From: Bryobacterales bacterium
GTDB lineage: Bacteria; Acidobacteriota; Terriglobia; Bryobacterales; UBA6623
Assembly (NCBI GenBank): GCA_026713545.1
Contig: JAPOOG010000065.1
Location: 8-64,007 of the forward strand
Length of the DNA stretch: 64,000 bases
Direction of reading: 5' to 3'
The notes under the pieces were generated by a model. That model ran no database searches, was not told where the DNA came from, and was given only the letters and a program-made list of their open reading frames with translations. The translations under genes and the position numbers were made by a program. Position 1 is the first letter of the stretch. Each line of letters begins with the position of its first letter. Below are positions 17,506 through 27,209 of this stretch, one piece after another.

Positions 17506-19428
17506 GTGCCCCGCCCGCGTTCGCCGCTCACGCTCTCCTTCCATTCTTTCTCTTTCAACCCCGGTTACGAGCGCCTTAACGATGAGCGCGTAGTCGAGCG
17601 TGTTCGTGAGCTTGACCGACGCGGCCGCAAACGTGGCCTGGAGGCCATGGAACCTGAATCGGATGTCCTTGTCCGAATCGGGACGGAGCGCAGCGGCAAG
17701 GGCAGGGTGACCAAGAACGGGTATGGCGTTCTGCACCTTCCATGGCTCGTGAACGAGCACCCCGATTGGCCGCGTATGATCGAACGCGAGGTCGCCGATA
17801 TAACGGCGGCCATCCGGGCGGCTCACGGTGTCCCGCTCAAGTACTTGATCTGGGCCGGCATGGGTGGATCTGCCGAGGACAAAGCGTTCTATCAGGCAGC
17901 AGGACTGCTCAATGGCGGCGTTCGCGTCTATCTTCTCGACTCGACCGACCCGGCGAAACTGCGCGCCATCCTCGATCACATCCAGAAGATCGACAAGCAA
18001 CCATTGACCAAGGCGCTGCGCAAGTGTCTGATCGTGGGGATGGCAATGGGAATGACCTCCTATGAGCCGGTGGTGAACCTCGAGAAGCTGGACGGCCTCT
18101 ATCGCAAGCTCAAGATCTCCAATCAGTCGAACTTCGTCTACATGACGCTGCCCGACTCGGTGCTGGACCGCTTTGCATCGAAACGCGGGTTCCGCCGGGT
18201 TTCGTTGCAGCCCGATGGCGGGAACACGACCGCCGGGCGTCACAGCGGGCCGTTGACGCGCGGCAGTCTGTACCCTCTTGCCCTCAACGGCTGCAAGATG
18301 GATTCCTGGTTTCAAGCCACAACTTTGAGTAACGGGGAAGTCCAAGCCGCTCTGCGACTGGCCGGCTTTCTGGATGCAAATGTGCGAGCCGGCCGCGACA
18401 AGCTGACACTCTTCCTCCCGAAAAAATGGGCTGCCGGCGCCGTCTGGACAAAGCAGGACTTCGAGGAAAGCCTCGGCAAGAGCGACAAACTCGGCATCAA
18501 GATCGCCATCCAGGAGAAACTGAAGTTGGCCAACTACCGGTCGTCGAAGGAAGAGACGCAGGACCGTTGCTTCCTGGTCGTGAATATCGCAGGAGAACAG
18601 AATCCGGACAGCGCGAAGGTCGGAGTTCTGCGCCGAGCCGGCTATCCGCTCGCGGTCCTGAGGCTGAGCGGAGAGGCGGCCGTCGCTCGCTACATGCAGT
18701 TCATCCATTACGCGGTTTTCGGTCTGGGCTATTTGTGGAAGATGAACTTCGTTACGCAGCCGAGCGTTGAGCTTTACAAGTCCATCGCAGCGCAGGTCCA
18801 CGGCCAAGCGCTCAACAGGGGAGGTATCGAGAAGACTCCGGCATGGGAGCGGATTGCGAACTCTCCGCTGCGATTGCAATGGCGGGGTGGACTGACAGTC
18901 AACTTGGCGGCTCTCCAACAACTCGGCCTTATCCGCGACGACGATTTACGGGCCGAGCACGGGAACGCCGCAGCGGTCTACGCGTCGGCTCTTGACCGGC
19001 TCGTTCGACAGGGGATCGTATGCTATGGCGAGCTGACCTATTTCGGAGACAGCCGCTATCATCGGCCCGGCTTGCAGTTGCGTCGGGCGCTTGACTCGTC
19101 GGCGGACCGTGTCTTTCGTTCCCGCTTGAAGATACCTGCCGACGTTTACGAAGGCCCCGCGATGAACCACTCCTACCACGAGATGATCATTGGCCATGGG
19201 GGAGCTTTGAGCACGATTGTGCTAAGTGACAAGCAAGACACTTTCAAGAAGCTCGACTACAGCCCCGATTATCATCGGGCGCAGTGGCTCGCCACAGTGC
19301 TGGCATTGCTCGAACGCGGCCGTCCTGTGATACCGCTCACCATTCGAGACCTTTCCGAGAACAGCCGCGCTACTCTCAGAGAGTTCTTCTCAGAAGTCGC
19401 CAAGCGGCTGCCACCGGGGGGGAGGTAA
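17506..19428 (+). CDS. glucose-6-phosphate-isomerase-like (SIS/PGI superfamily) protein
   Basis: 'LKYLIWAGMGGSAED', 'GRHSGPLT' and 'QDFEESLGK' resemble cyanobacterial or bifunctional-type PGI. The start (GTG 17506) is uncertain. Confidence 0.6.
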   Translation: MPRPRSPLTLSFHSFSFNPGYERLNDERVVERVRELDRRGRKRGLEAMEPESDVLVRIGTERSGKGRVTKNGYGVLHLPWLVNEHPDWPRMIEREVADITAAIRAAHGVPLKYLIWAGMGGSAEDKAFYQAAGLLNGGVRVYLLDSTDPAKLRAILDHIQKIDKQPLTKALRKCLIVGMAMGMTSYEPVVNLEKLDGLYRKLKISNQSNFVYMTLPDSVLDRFASKRGFRRVSLQPDGGNTTAGRHSGPLTRGSLYPLALNGCKMDSWFQATTLSNGEVQAALRLAGFLDANVRAGRDKLTLFLPKKWAAGAVWTKQDFEESLGKSDKLGIKIAIQEKLKLANYRSSKEETQDRCFLVVNIAGEQNPDSAKVGVLRRAGYPLAVLRLSGEAAVARYMQFIHYAVFGLGYLWKMNFVTQPSVELYKSIAAQVHGQALNRGGIEKTPAWERIANSPLRLQWRGGLTVNLAALQQLGLIRDDDLRAEHGNAAAVYASALDRLVRQGIVCYGELTYFGDSRYHRPGLQLRRALDSSADRVFRSRLKIPADVYEGPAMNHSYHEMIIGHGGALSTIVLSDKQDTFKKLDYSPDYHRAQWLATVLALLERGRPVIPLTIRDLSENSRATLREFFSEVAKRLPPGGR

Positions 19429-19435
19429 GAGAGCC

Positions 19436-19570
19436 GTGAGAAAGATGAAGCTGGCCCGTGGGAAGAAGAAGAAGCAATCGTCCAAGGTCCAAGCCTTCGG
19501 CTGCTCCTTGGTCATCGTGATATTGCTCGGATTGTTTATCTGGTTCTTCACCGCGGCCGTGTCACCTTGA
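19436..19570 (+). CDS. candidate small tail-anchored membrane peptide (41-44 aa)
   Basis: GTG 19436 lies 10 nt after GGAGG 19421-19425; ATG 19445 is the alternative start. The product is '(VRK)MKLARGKKKKQSSKVQAFGCSLVIVILLGLFIWFFTAAVSP*', a basic head plus one TM helix. It is below the ORF-track length cutoff. Confidence 0.3.
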   Translation: MRKMKLARGKKKKQSSKVQAFGCSLVIVILLGLFIWFFTAAVSP

Positions 19571-19924
19571 GATCCCGAGTGGAAAATCAAGGGAAGCCGA
19601 CGGCCCTGAGTCGGCGCCCCGTTCTGCAACTCCAACCCCCGAACCGCTTCAACCGGCATGTTGATGGCGGAAGATGATCAAGTCGAAATTTTGCCCGAAG
19701 TGGCCGGTTTTTCGCCAGGACGCCTTGAAACTTCAAGAGACCGAGTCCGAATCGACCACCTCCGACCACTCCGATGTCTTTGGGCGAGGGTCTTTTTACC
19801 ACAAGATATAGTATCCATCCGCCACCCCATACCACATCTATTACCCTGCTCGTAAGTCCAATATTTTTTTAGAGATACAGCCCTTTTCCGCTTGACATCA
19901 GCGCGGTGATATGGGATTTTACTT

Positions 19925-19969
19925 GTGGTTAGAAGTGGTCAAAAGTAGACGATTCTGGCCTAGAGTGGT
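19925..19969 (+). promoter_or_regulatory. phased MraZ-box-like direct repeats upstream of mraZ
   Basis: GTGGT occurs at 19925, 19935 and 19965. Degenerate GTAGA (19945) and CTGGC (19955) fall on the same exact 10-bp phase. A TTGACA sits at 19892-19897. Confidence 0.55.
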
Positions 19970-20007
19970 TGATCGTTCCTCCTCAGACGGTCCTCCGGTC
20001 TTGAAAC

Positions 20008-20466
20008 ATGTTCCGAGGTACGCAGACAGGGCGGGTAGACGACAAAGGCAGACTCAAGCTGCCCGCCCTGGTCCGCTCTCGCATGGTTGAGGAGTACAGG
20101 GAACCGAAGGTGTTCATCACGAGTCTCGACGGCGAAGAGGTCAAGGTTTTCCCGCTCCGCGAGTGGGAAGCGGTGGAGACCAGCTTATCGAACAAGTCGC
20201 CTGACGGCAATGAAGCCGATGGCGAGATCAAGCAAAAGATTCTGTTCCAGGTGAATCGTTTTGGAGCAGAGGAGACCTTGGACAACCAAGGCCGCATCCT
20301 TGTGCCCGCGGTTTTGCGGGAAGCCGCGGGCATGAGGGGCGAAGTCAAGATTTTGTGGCAGTCGAACCATCTGTTCGTGGTGAGCGCGGCGCGCTTCGAG
20401 GAAGCGGCCGAAGAGAATCGACTGACCGCGATCGACAAGCGTTATGCGGCGAATCTGGGGGTGTAA
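20008..20466 (+). CDS. mraZ: transcriptional regulator MraZ
   Basis: 'MFRGTQTGRVDDKGRLKLP' plus a second half 'DNQGRILVPAVLR'. It is the first gene of the dcw cluster. Confidence 0.9.
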   Translation: MFRGTQTGRVDDKGRLKLPALVRSRMVEEYREPKVFITSLDGEEVKVFPLREWEAVETSLSNKSPDGNEADGEIKQKILFQVNRFGAEETLDNQGRILVPAVLREAAGMRGEVKILWQSNHLFVVSAARFEEAAEENRLTAIDKRYAANLGV

Positions 20467-20469
20467 TGA

Positions 20470-21354
20470 TTGGCGCACTATCCGGTATTGCTGCCGCAGG
20501 TATTGGAGTTTTTAGACATTGACCCCTCCGGCCTATATGTGGATTGCACTTTGGGTGAGAGCCGCTATGCAGAGGCGATCTTGTCGCGCCTTGACTCGGG
20601 CCGGCTCATCGCGATCGATTGGGACCGAGACGCGATTGAACTGGCCCGAGGGCGGCTTCACGAGTGGAGCGGAAGAGTGAGTTTTCATCACACCAGCTAC
20701 GGCGACATTGAAGGAGTGCTGGGCTCCGAGCGTCCCCAGGGCATCGTCGCTGACCTGGGGCTTTCGCGCAGACAGTTCGAATCCGGCGCGCGGGGCTTCA
20801 GCTTGCGGCGCAAGGGTCCGCTGGATATGCGGATGGACCGGAGACGGCTGCTGACAGCAGACGTGATCGTGAATCAGTACGACGAGCGGCGGCTCGCGGA
20901 CTTGATCTTCGAGTTTGGTGAAGAGAGGAGAAGCCGAAGAATTGCCAAGGCCATTGTTCGGGGGCGGCCGATCCGCGATACGGCTCATTTGGCCGAGATC
21001 GTGGCGCGAGCCGTCCCTCGAACGCCTCGCATGAAGATTCACCCCGCCACACGGACGTTTCAAGCGATTCGGATCGCCGTGAACGACGAGTTGGTCGAGC
21101 TGGACCGCCTCATCGAAGAGGCGCCGCCGTTGCTGGCCCCGGGGGGGCGCATGGTGGTAGTCAGTTTTCACTCGCTCGAAGACCGCCGCGTCAAGCAGTC
21201 GTTTCGCCGCTGGGCGGATCGAGATCTGCTTGCGCTTCTGACGAAGCGAGTCGTCCGTCCCGGTGAGGACGAGGTCGCCGAGAACCCGGCAAGCCGCAGC
21301 GCCAAGCTGCGCGCGGCGGAGAGGACCAGGAAGTTATGGCATCCCCTGAACTAG
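20470..21354 (+). CDS. rsmH: 16S rRNA (cytosine1402-N4)-methyltransferase
   Basis: TTG start. Motifs: 'HYPVLLPQVLEFL', 'DCTLGE', 'DLGLSRRQF', 'SFHSLEDRRVK'. Confidence 0.9.
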   Translation: MAHYPVLLPQVLEFLDIDPSGLYVDCTLGESRYAEAILSRLDSGRLIAIDWDRDAIELARGRLHEWSGRVSFHHTSYGDIEGVLGSERPQGIVADLGLSRRQFESGARGFSLRRKGPLDMRMDRRRLLTADVIVNQYDERRLADLIFEFGEERRSRRIAKAIVRGRPIRDTAHLAEIVARAVPRTPRMKIHPATRTFQAIRIAVNDELVELDRLIEEAPPLLAPGGRMVVVSFHSLEDRRVKQSFRRWADRDLLALLTKRVVRPGEDEVAENPASRSAKLRAAERTRKLWHPLN

Positions 21355-21548
21355 CGATCCCGGCACGATGGGAGCCCCGGGAACCATCCGTCGGCACCGG
21401 CGGGGCAACGAAGGCGGCCGGGCATCGAGTCACCCGCAGGCCCCTGCCGGAACCTGCCCGCGATGTGTTCGTTTACGACGGAGCCGGCGTGGGGCGCGCC
21501 GACCGAGCGGGGCTTTCCCGGCGGCCGGTTTCTTCCCGTCCATTCCCT

Positions 21549-21944
21549 ATGGAGAACGTATACTTCCACGTCAAGAATTTGGACAACTCGAACTTGCGGC
21601 GGCGGCCAGACCCGAGAGACAAGGTCATCTGGTCACGGTTGGTCGTCGGAGGTTTGCTGGGCCTCGTAATGATGATCCTGACCTTCGCCCCGCGGCCGCT
21701 ATTGAGGCACTCGGGGTATCGCCTTGAGAAGATGAGCGAAACGCACCAGTCCTTGGTTGAGATTCAAGACCAGCTCCGCGTTCGCCAAGCGAGGTTGAGT
21801 GACCTTCGCCGGGTGGCGGACCTCGCCGGACGGCAGGGATTGGAGCAGACGCCGCCGGAGCGTTTTGCCTGGCAGAACCGGACGATTTCCCCGGTATCAC
21901 AGGAAGACGAATTGGCTTGGAACCTGAGGAATGCCCAGCCCTGA
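21549..21944 (+). CDS. ftsL: FtsL-like cell-division protein
   Basis: The position between rsmH and ftsI fits ftsL. It has a single TM 'LVVGGLLGLVMMILTF' followed by a coiled-coil-like 'LVEIQDQLRVRQARLSDLRR'. The ORF is also open from ATG 21336. Confidence 0.55.
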   Translation: MENVYFHVKNLDNSNLRRRPDPRDKVIWSRLVVGGLLGLVMMILTFAPRPLLRHSGYRLEKMSETHQSLVEIQDQLRVRQARLSDLRRVADLAGRQGLEQTPPERFAWQNRTISPVSQEDELAWNLRNAQP

Positions 21945-22012
21945 ACGAGGTGAGAGCCAAAACTCTCTGTGACGGCTCGCCATCACGGCGGCCCGAGTAA
22001 TCAGAGTCATTC

Positions 22013-24277
22013 ATGGCAGGTCGCCGGAACAGAAACCGATCCCCCAGCGACCGAGGCTTTTGGACGCGGCTGCGCCTGTCGGCTCGCGCACTGAGCGAGT
22101 TTCAGCGTCTTCCCCCTTTTCGACTTTTCGTATTCGCTCTGACGGCCGGCTTGTGGCTGGCGCTGATCGTCGTTCGTCTTTGGGACCTGCAGATCCGTCA
22201 AGCTCCTCGCTTGACCGAGAAGGCACAGCAGCAACAGGAGGACGTGATCGAGATCGCCGCTCGACGCGGGCGCATCTACGACCGCAACGGCGTCGAGTTG
22301 GCCCGCAGCACTCCGGTAGACTCGATCGGCGTATTTCCTACCAAGGTAGGCGACCCCGAGCTTGCGGCAACGCTGCTCGCCGAGGTGCTTCGAGAAAACC
22401 CGAATTCCCTCAGAAAAAAGCTGAAGAAGAAGCGCTTTCAATGGGTGCGGCGCTTGGCGGAACCGGCTGAGGCGGAGCGAATCCGGGAGCTTCCGCTGGC
22501 CGGACTGCATTTTGAAAAGGAGAGTAAGCGTTATTACCCGAAAGGAACCGTTGCGGCCCACATCCTCGGGGCCGTGGGTGTTGACCACATGGGCCTGGCG
22601 GGGCTGGAACAGACCTTCGAGGCCAAGCTTCGAGGCGTTTCGGGGCAGCGCTCGGTACAAGTCGACGCCCTGCAGCATCGATACGCAAGCCAAGTCATCC
22701 AGGAGCCGGTTCCCGGCTATGACCTGGTTCTTACCATTGACCAGCGCATTCAAGTCACGGCTGAAAAGGAACTGGGGCGGGCCATCGAGGAAACGCAAGC
22801 GGAGGCAGGGACCATCGTCGTGATGGACCCCGTCAACGGGGACATTCTGGGCATGGCGAACTGGCCCACCTTTGATCCCAATGATCGTGAGCCATCGAAG
22901 ACGGATCTGGAGCATAGGAAGAACTACGCCCTGAGTCACATGATCGAGCCCGGGTCGACGTTCAAGGTCGTGACGGTAGCGGCCGGACTCGAGGAAAAGG
23001 TGACTACGCCGGAAGAGATGATCGACTGCGAGCGAGGCGGAATCTACCTGTTGTCGCGTTGGATTCGAGACCACAAGCCGTTCGCACTGCTGAGTGTCGC
23101 CGATGTGCTGGCTCGCTCGAGCAATGTAGGGACCATCAAGCTGGGACTGCGGCTCTCCCCCGAACGACTTCACCGCTATGCCCGCGCCTTCGGCTTCGGG
23201 CAGCCGACGGGACTGCCCTTGCCGGGCGAGACAGCCGGCCTGCTGCGGCCGTGGGAGCGCTGGCATCCGGCTGCAATCGGCTCGGTGGCGATTGGCCAAG
23301 AGGTGGGTGTGACCGCCCTGCAGATGGCGCGAGGCGTCAGTGTCATGGCTAACGGCGGCTCGCTTGTAACTCCCCGCATCATCGAATCCATCGTCAGCCC
23401 GCAGGGCGAGCCAACAAAACCAGATGTTCGGGAGTCGTCTCGTGTTCTGAATCCTGATACAGCGGCGATCATGCGGGCGCTCATGGAAAGGGTCGTCCGG
23501 GAAGGCACCGGCCGCCGGGCGCGAACGCCGGGCTACCGGGTAGCAGGAAAAACCGGGACCGCACAGAAAGTGGATCCCGAAACGGGACGCTATTCAACCA
23601 AGGATTATGTTGCGAGCTTTGTGGGGTTCGCTCCGGTCAACGCCCCCTCGATCGTGGTTGTGATCGTGCTCGATTCACCGGTCGGAATGTACTACGGCGG
23701 ACAGGTGGCGGCTCCCGTGTTTCCCAGGGTCGCGACCGAGGTGCTGCGCTTCCGCGACGTGCCTCCGGAACTACCGTTGGAGCAAGAGCCAGTTCGCCCG
23801 ATTCCTGAAGAGTGGTGGGCGGACTTCGCGATCGAGGAGCCCGCTCGTGACTGGCCGGGAAGCACGCAGGTCGAGTTCCCAGTCATCTCGTCGGATGAGG
23901 ATGCCGTCGTGGTGACCGTCGCTTCGTTGACGGATTCCGCTTCGCCAAGGCTCGGGGATGTGCCGCTGGTCTCCAACCTGACGATGGGCGGGCCGAATGC
24001 TGCGTCACCTCCGGAACCGCAGGCGGTCGTCGAAGGCACAATCGAAGAAGCAGAGCCGGCGGACATGAAGCCCGCTCGGTTGACCGTGGTTGAAGCGCTT
24101 CTGCCGGATTTTCGAGGCGAGACGGTGGATTCAGTAATTTCGCGAACCTCTTCGCTCGGCTTGGCGGTTCATCTTCGCGGAAGCGGCAGGGCTTGGCGCC
24201 AATGGCCACCCGCTGGAACGCCGATCCAGTTTGGCGGCACGGTCACGGTTGATTTCCGGGTCGGAGCTAAACAATGA
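22013..24277 (+). CDS. ftsI: peptidoglycan D,D-transpeptidase FtsI (class B PBP) with a C-terminal PASTA-like domain
   Basis: SxxK 'GSTFKVV', SxN 'RSSNVG', KTG 'GKTGTA', and an N-terminal TM. The last ~65 aa, 'LPDFRGETVDSVISRTSSLGLAVHLRGSG...PPAGTPIQFGGTVTVDF', look PASTA-like. Confidence 0.85.
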   Translation: MAGRRNRNRSPSDRGFWTRLRLSARALSEFQRLPPFRLFVFALTAGLWLALIVVRLWDLQIRQAPRLTEKAQQQQEDVIEIAARRGRIYDRNGVELARSTPVDSIGVFPTKVGDPELAATLLAEVLRENPNSLRKKLKKKRFQWVRRLAEPAEAERIRELPLAGLHFEKESKRYYPKGTVAAHILGAVGVDHMGLAGLEQTFEAKLRGVSGQRSVQVDALQHRYASQVIQEPVPGYDLVLTIDQRIQVTAEKELGRAIEETQAEAGTIVVMDPVNGDILGMANWPTFDPNDREPSKTDLEHRKNYALSHMIEPGSTFKVVTVAAGLEEKVTTPEEMIDCERGGIYLLSRWIRDHKPFALLSVADVLARSSNVGTIKLGLRLSPERLHRYARAFGFGQPTGLPLPGETAGLLRPWERWHPAAIGSVAIGQEVGVTALQMARGVSVMANGGSLVTPRIIESIVSPQGEPTKPDVRESSRVLNPDTAAIMRALMERVVREGTGRRARTPGYRVAGKTGTAQKVDPETGRYSTKDYVASFVGFAPVNAPSIVVVIVLDSPVGMYYGGQVAAPVFPRVATEVLRFRDVPPELPLEQEPVRPIPEEWWADFAIEEPARDWPGSTQVEFPVISSDEDAVVVTVASLTDSASPRLGDVPLVSNLTMGGPNAASPPEPQAVVEGTIEEAEPADMKPARLTVVEALLPDFRGETVDSVISRTSSLGLAVHLRGSGRAWRQWPPAGTPIQFGGTVTVDFRVGAKQ

Positions 24278-25773
24278 AGATCGGAGACTTGTTTGACCGG
24301 CGCGCCCTCTGTCAGACAGGGCTGCGGCACAAGTCGATCCATGGTCTGCAATACGACTCTCGCAAACTGGAACCGGATGATTTGTTTTTCGCGTTTCCCG
24401 GGGAGCATGTCGACGGTCATCAGTTCATCCCGGCGGCCTTGGATGCCGGAGCGGCGGCGATCGTAAGCGAACGCAAGGCACCGGCGCCGCACTCCGAGCA
24501 ATGGATTCAAGTGCCGCATGACAGACAGGCACTGGCAAGCGCGGCTTTGCGCTTTTATGGTCGGCCCGATCATCAGCTCAAGCTCACCGGCGTCACGGGA
24601 ACCAACGGCAAGACAAGCACAGTCCATCTGCTCGATTCCATTCTTGAGAACGCCGGGCTGTTGACGGCCCGTTTCGGCACGATCGAGCATAAGATCGGGC
24701 GGCGGCACTTCCGGGCAGTGAACACAACGCCAGAATCGTTGGATATCGTTCGCTTTCTTGCCGCTCTCGTTGCAGAAGGGGGTTCCCACGCCAGTTTCGA
24801 AGCTTCGTCCCACGCCTTGGATCTGGGCCGAGTCTACGGCTTTGACTTCCACACCGTCGTTTTCACGAACCTGTCTCGCGATCACCTCGATTATCACCAA
24901 ACCATGGAGGAGTACGCTGCGGCGAAGCGCCGGTTGCTGCAGGGCGCCGGCGGGGAGACTCCCCGCTACGCGGTGATCAACAGGGATGACCCCGTTGGTC
25001 GGGAGTGGCTGGATACAAGCTCTTCGGAGACGCTGAGCTTCGGAGTGCGGCCGGGGGCGGATATTGTTGCCGAAAACGTGGACGTACGTCTCTCAAGCCT
25101 GCACTTTCGGGCCGCAACACCACGAGGATCTCTGGATGTCCGATCATCGCTCCGCGGCGCGTTCAATATCAGTAATCTGCTGGCGGCGATCACAGCCGCC
25201 CTTACATTGGGCATCGACCTCGACACGATTGGTGAAGGCATCGAAGCATGCCGCGCTGTCCCTGGTCGGTTCGAATTGATCGACGAGGGACAGCCGTTTA
25301 TCGTGATCGTCGACTACGCACATACCGATGATGCGCTACGGAACCTGCTCGAAGCCGCCCGAGAGTTGCTTCGGCGTTCAAATCGGCCGGGGCGCATTCT
25401 GACGGTGTTCGGGTGCGGCGGCGATCGTGACCGCACCAAGAGACCGGTGATGGGAGAAATTGCCGGACGTCTGAGCGACTTGGTAATTCTTACTTCCGAC
25501 AACCCGCGCTCGGAAAATCCGCTCAACATCATCAATGACATCCGCGTCGGACTGGGTCGTGTCGATTCCAAGCATGAAATCGAAGCGGACCGGGCCGCAG
25601 CGATCCGCCGGGCTGTTTCTCAAGGGCAGGCCGGCGACATCGTGCTGCTAGCCGGTAAGGGTCATGAGACGACGCAGACCATCGGCGGCGAGGTGATTTC
25701 CTTCGACGACCGAGAAACGGTCCGAGGCGTGCTTCACGAACTAGGGTATGGCGTGCATTCCGTGGCTGGGTAA
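24274..25773 (+). CDS. murE: UDP-N-acetylmuramoyl-tripeptide synthetase
   Basis: 'GVTGTNGKTS', 'DYAHTDDAL', 'GCGGDRDRTKRP'. There is an ATGA overlap with ftsI. Confidence 0.9.
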   Translation: MKIGDLFDRRALCQTGLRHKSIHGLQYDSRKLEPDDLFFAFPGEHVDGHQFIPAALDAGAAAIVSERKAPAPHSEQWIQVPHDRQALASAALRFYGRPDHQLKLTGVTGTNGKTSTVHLLDSILENAGLLTARFGTIEHKIGRRHFRAVNTTPESLDIVRFLAALVAEGGSHASFEASSHALDLGRVYGFDFHTVVFTNLSRDHLDYHQTMEEYAAAKRRLLQGAGGETPRYAVINRDDPVGREWLDTSSSETLSFGVRPGADIVAENVDVRLSSLHFRAATPRGSLDVRSSLRGAFNISNLLAAITAALTLGIDLDTIGEGIEACRAVPGRFELIDEGQPFIVIVDYAHTDDALRNLLEAARELLRRSNRPGRILTVFGCGGDRDRTKRPVMGEIAGRLSDLVILTSDNPRSENPLNIINDIRVGLGRVDSKHEIEADRAAAIRRAVSQGQAGDIVLLAGKGHETTQTIGGEVISFDDRETVRGVLHELGYGVHSVAG

Positions 25774-25797
25774 CGCCGGACGAAATGGGATCGTTTG

Positions 25798-27204
25798 ATG
25801 CGTTTGGACCTTTCGGACATTGCGAACATTCTGGAAACTTCGTTGCAAGGGCGGGCGGGCGAGGCTTCGGGCTATTCCATCGATTCGAGGACGATCGAGA
25901 GAGGTGACCTGTTCTTTGCCATTCGCGGACCACAGTTCGATGGCCACGACTTCATCTCTGCGGCCTGGGAGGCGGGCGCAGCGGCTGTGGTGGCCGAGCG
26001 TTCCTGGGCGGTCACCCATCAAGTCCGCGGCCCTCTGCTTGCAGTCAGTGAGCCGGCAGCGGCGCTGCGGCGGTTGGCACGTGAAGCGCGAAGACGTAGG
26101 AGGCTTCCTGTGATAGGCGTGACCGGAAGCAACGGCAAAACAACAACGAAAGACGCGATTGCGGCGCTGCTCGCGCAGCACTTTCTGGTTGCGAAGACGG
26201 AAGGGAATCTGAACAACGAGTTGGGCTTGCCGCTATCGATTCTGAGAATGCACGACGCGGCCGAAGTCGGCGTCTTCGAGATGGGCATGAACCATCGCGG
26301 TGAGATCACTGCGCTTGCCGAGATCGCCTCGCCGACGGTGGGTGTCGTGACCAACGTGAGTGAAGCGCACGTCGAGTATTTTTCATCGGCAGACGAAATT
26401 GCTCTTGCGAAACGGGAATTGATCGAGGCCCTTCCCGCCGACGGAACGGCCGTGCTCAATGCGGACGACCTGCGGGTGCGCGCCTTTCGTGACGCTCACG
26501 CGGGGCCAGTTGTGACATTCGGCGAGAGCGAGAAGGCCGACGTTCGGGCAACCTCAATCGAAACACGCGGAGCCGAAGGCGTACGGTTCACCCTCTTCCA
26601 AAGGGACAGTGGGAAGACCGTTGGTTTTCAGAGTGGCTTGATCGGGCGGCACAATGTGCTGAACCTGTCGGCGGCGCTGGCGACGGCTTCGGTGTTCGGT
26701 GTCGATTCTCCGGATCTCGTCGATGCCGTGGCGCGGCTGCGCCCGGCGAGGCGGCGCGGTGAGACGAGGCGGCTGGGCGGCGCATTATTGATCGACGATT
26801 GCTACAACGCGAATCCGCGGGCCATGGAGGTCATGCTGAGTGTATTGGCGGAAACACCGGCCACACGCCGCATCGCGGTGCTGGGTGAGATGCGTGAGTT
26901 GGGTGAGGCCGCGGAGGAACTCCACCGGCGCGTCGGCCGGAATGCGGCCCGAGGCGGCGTCGACCTCTTGATCGGTGTCACCGGCGCTGCTCGGTGGATT
27001 GTCGAAGAGGCGGTTGTTTCCGGGCTGCCGCTATCGCGGACTTCGTTTTTTGAAGAACCGGAAGAGGCCGGACTCTTCGTGGCCGAACAGTTGCAGGCCA
27101 CAGATGCGGTGTTGTTCAAGGCGTCGCGAGGCGTGGCGCTCGAAAGAGCGCTGAGTGTTGTTGAGCCGCTCTGTGAGACTACCGAGGGGAGAGCCCAGGT
27201 CTAG
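25798..27204 (+). CDS. murF: UDP-MurNAc-pentapeptide synthetase
   Basis: 'GVTGSNGKTTTKD', 'DDCYNANP'. Confidence 0.9.
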   Translation: MRLDLSDIANILETSLQGRAGEASGYSIDSRTIERGDLFFAIRGPQFDGHDFISAAWEAGAAAVVAERSWAVTHQVRGPLLAVSEPAAALRRLAREARRRRRLPVIGVTGSNGKTTTKDAIAALLAQHFLVAKTEGNLNNELGLPLSILRMHDAAEVGVFEMGMNHRGEITALAEIASPTVGVVTNVSEAHVEYFSSADEIALAKRELIEALPADGTAVLNADDLRVRAFRDAHAGPVVTFGESEKADVRATSIETRGAEGVRFTLFQRDSGKTVGFQSGLIGRHNVLNLSAALATASVFGVDSPDLVDAVARLRPARRRGETRRLGGALLIDDCYNANPRAMEVMLSVLAETPATRRIAVLGEMRELGEAAEELHRRVGRNAARGGVDLLIGVTGAARWIVEEAVVSGLPLSRTSFFEEPEEAGLFVAEQLQATDAVLFKASRGVALERALSVVEPLCETTEGRAQV

Positions 27205-27209
27205 GCATC

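Noticed and set aside
17221-18921. Long antisense ORFs opposite well-supported genes. Examples: 17221-18921(-), 3940-5484(-), 8201-9733(-), 22007-23299(-), 35400-36542(-), 43704-45263(-), 48654-50471(-), 57422-58633(-), 59363-60352(-), 60428-61681(-).
   Set aside because: These are typical high-GC shadow ORFs. Their translations are Arg/Pro/Gly/Ala-rich and low-complexity with no recognisable motifs, while the opposite strand carries clear family signatures.
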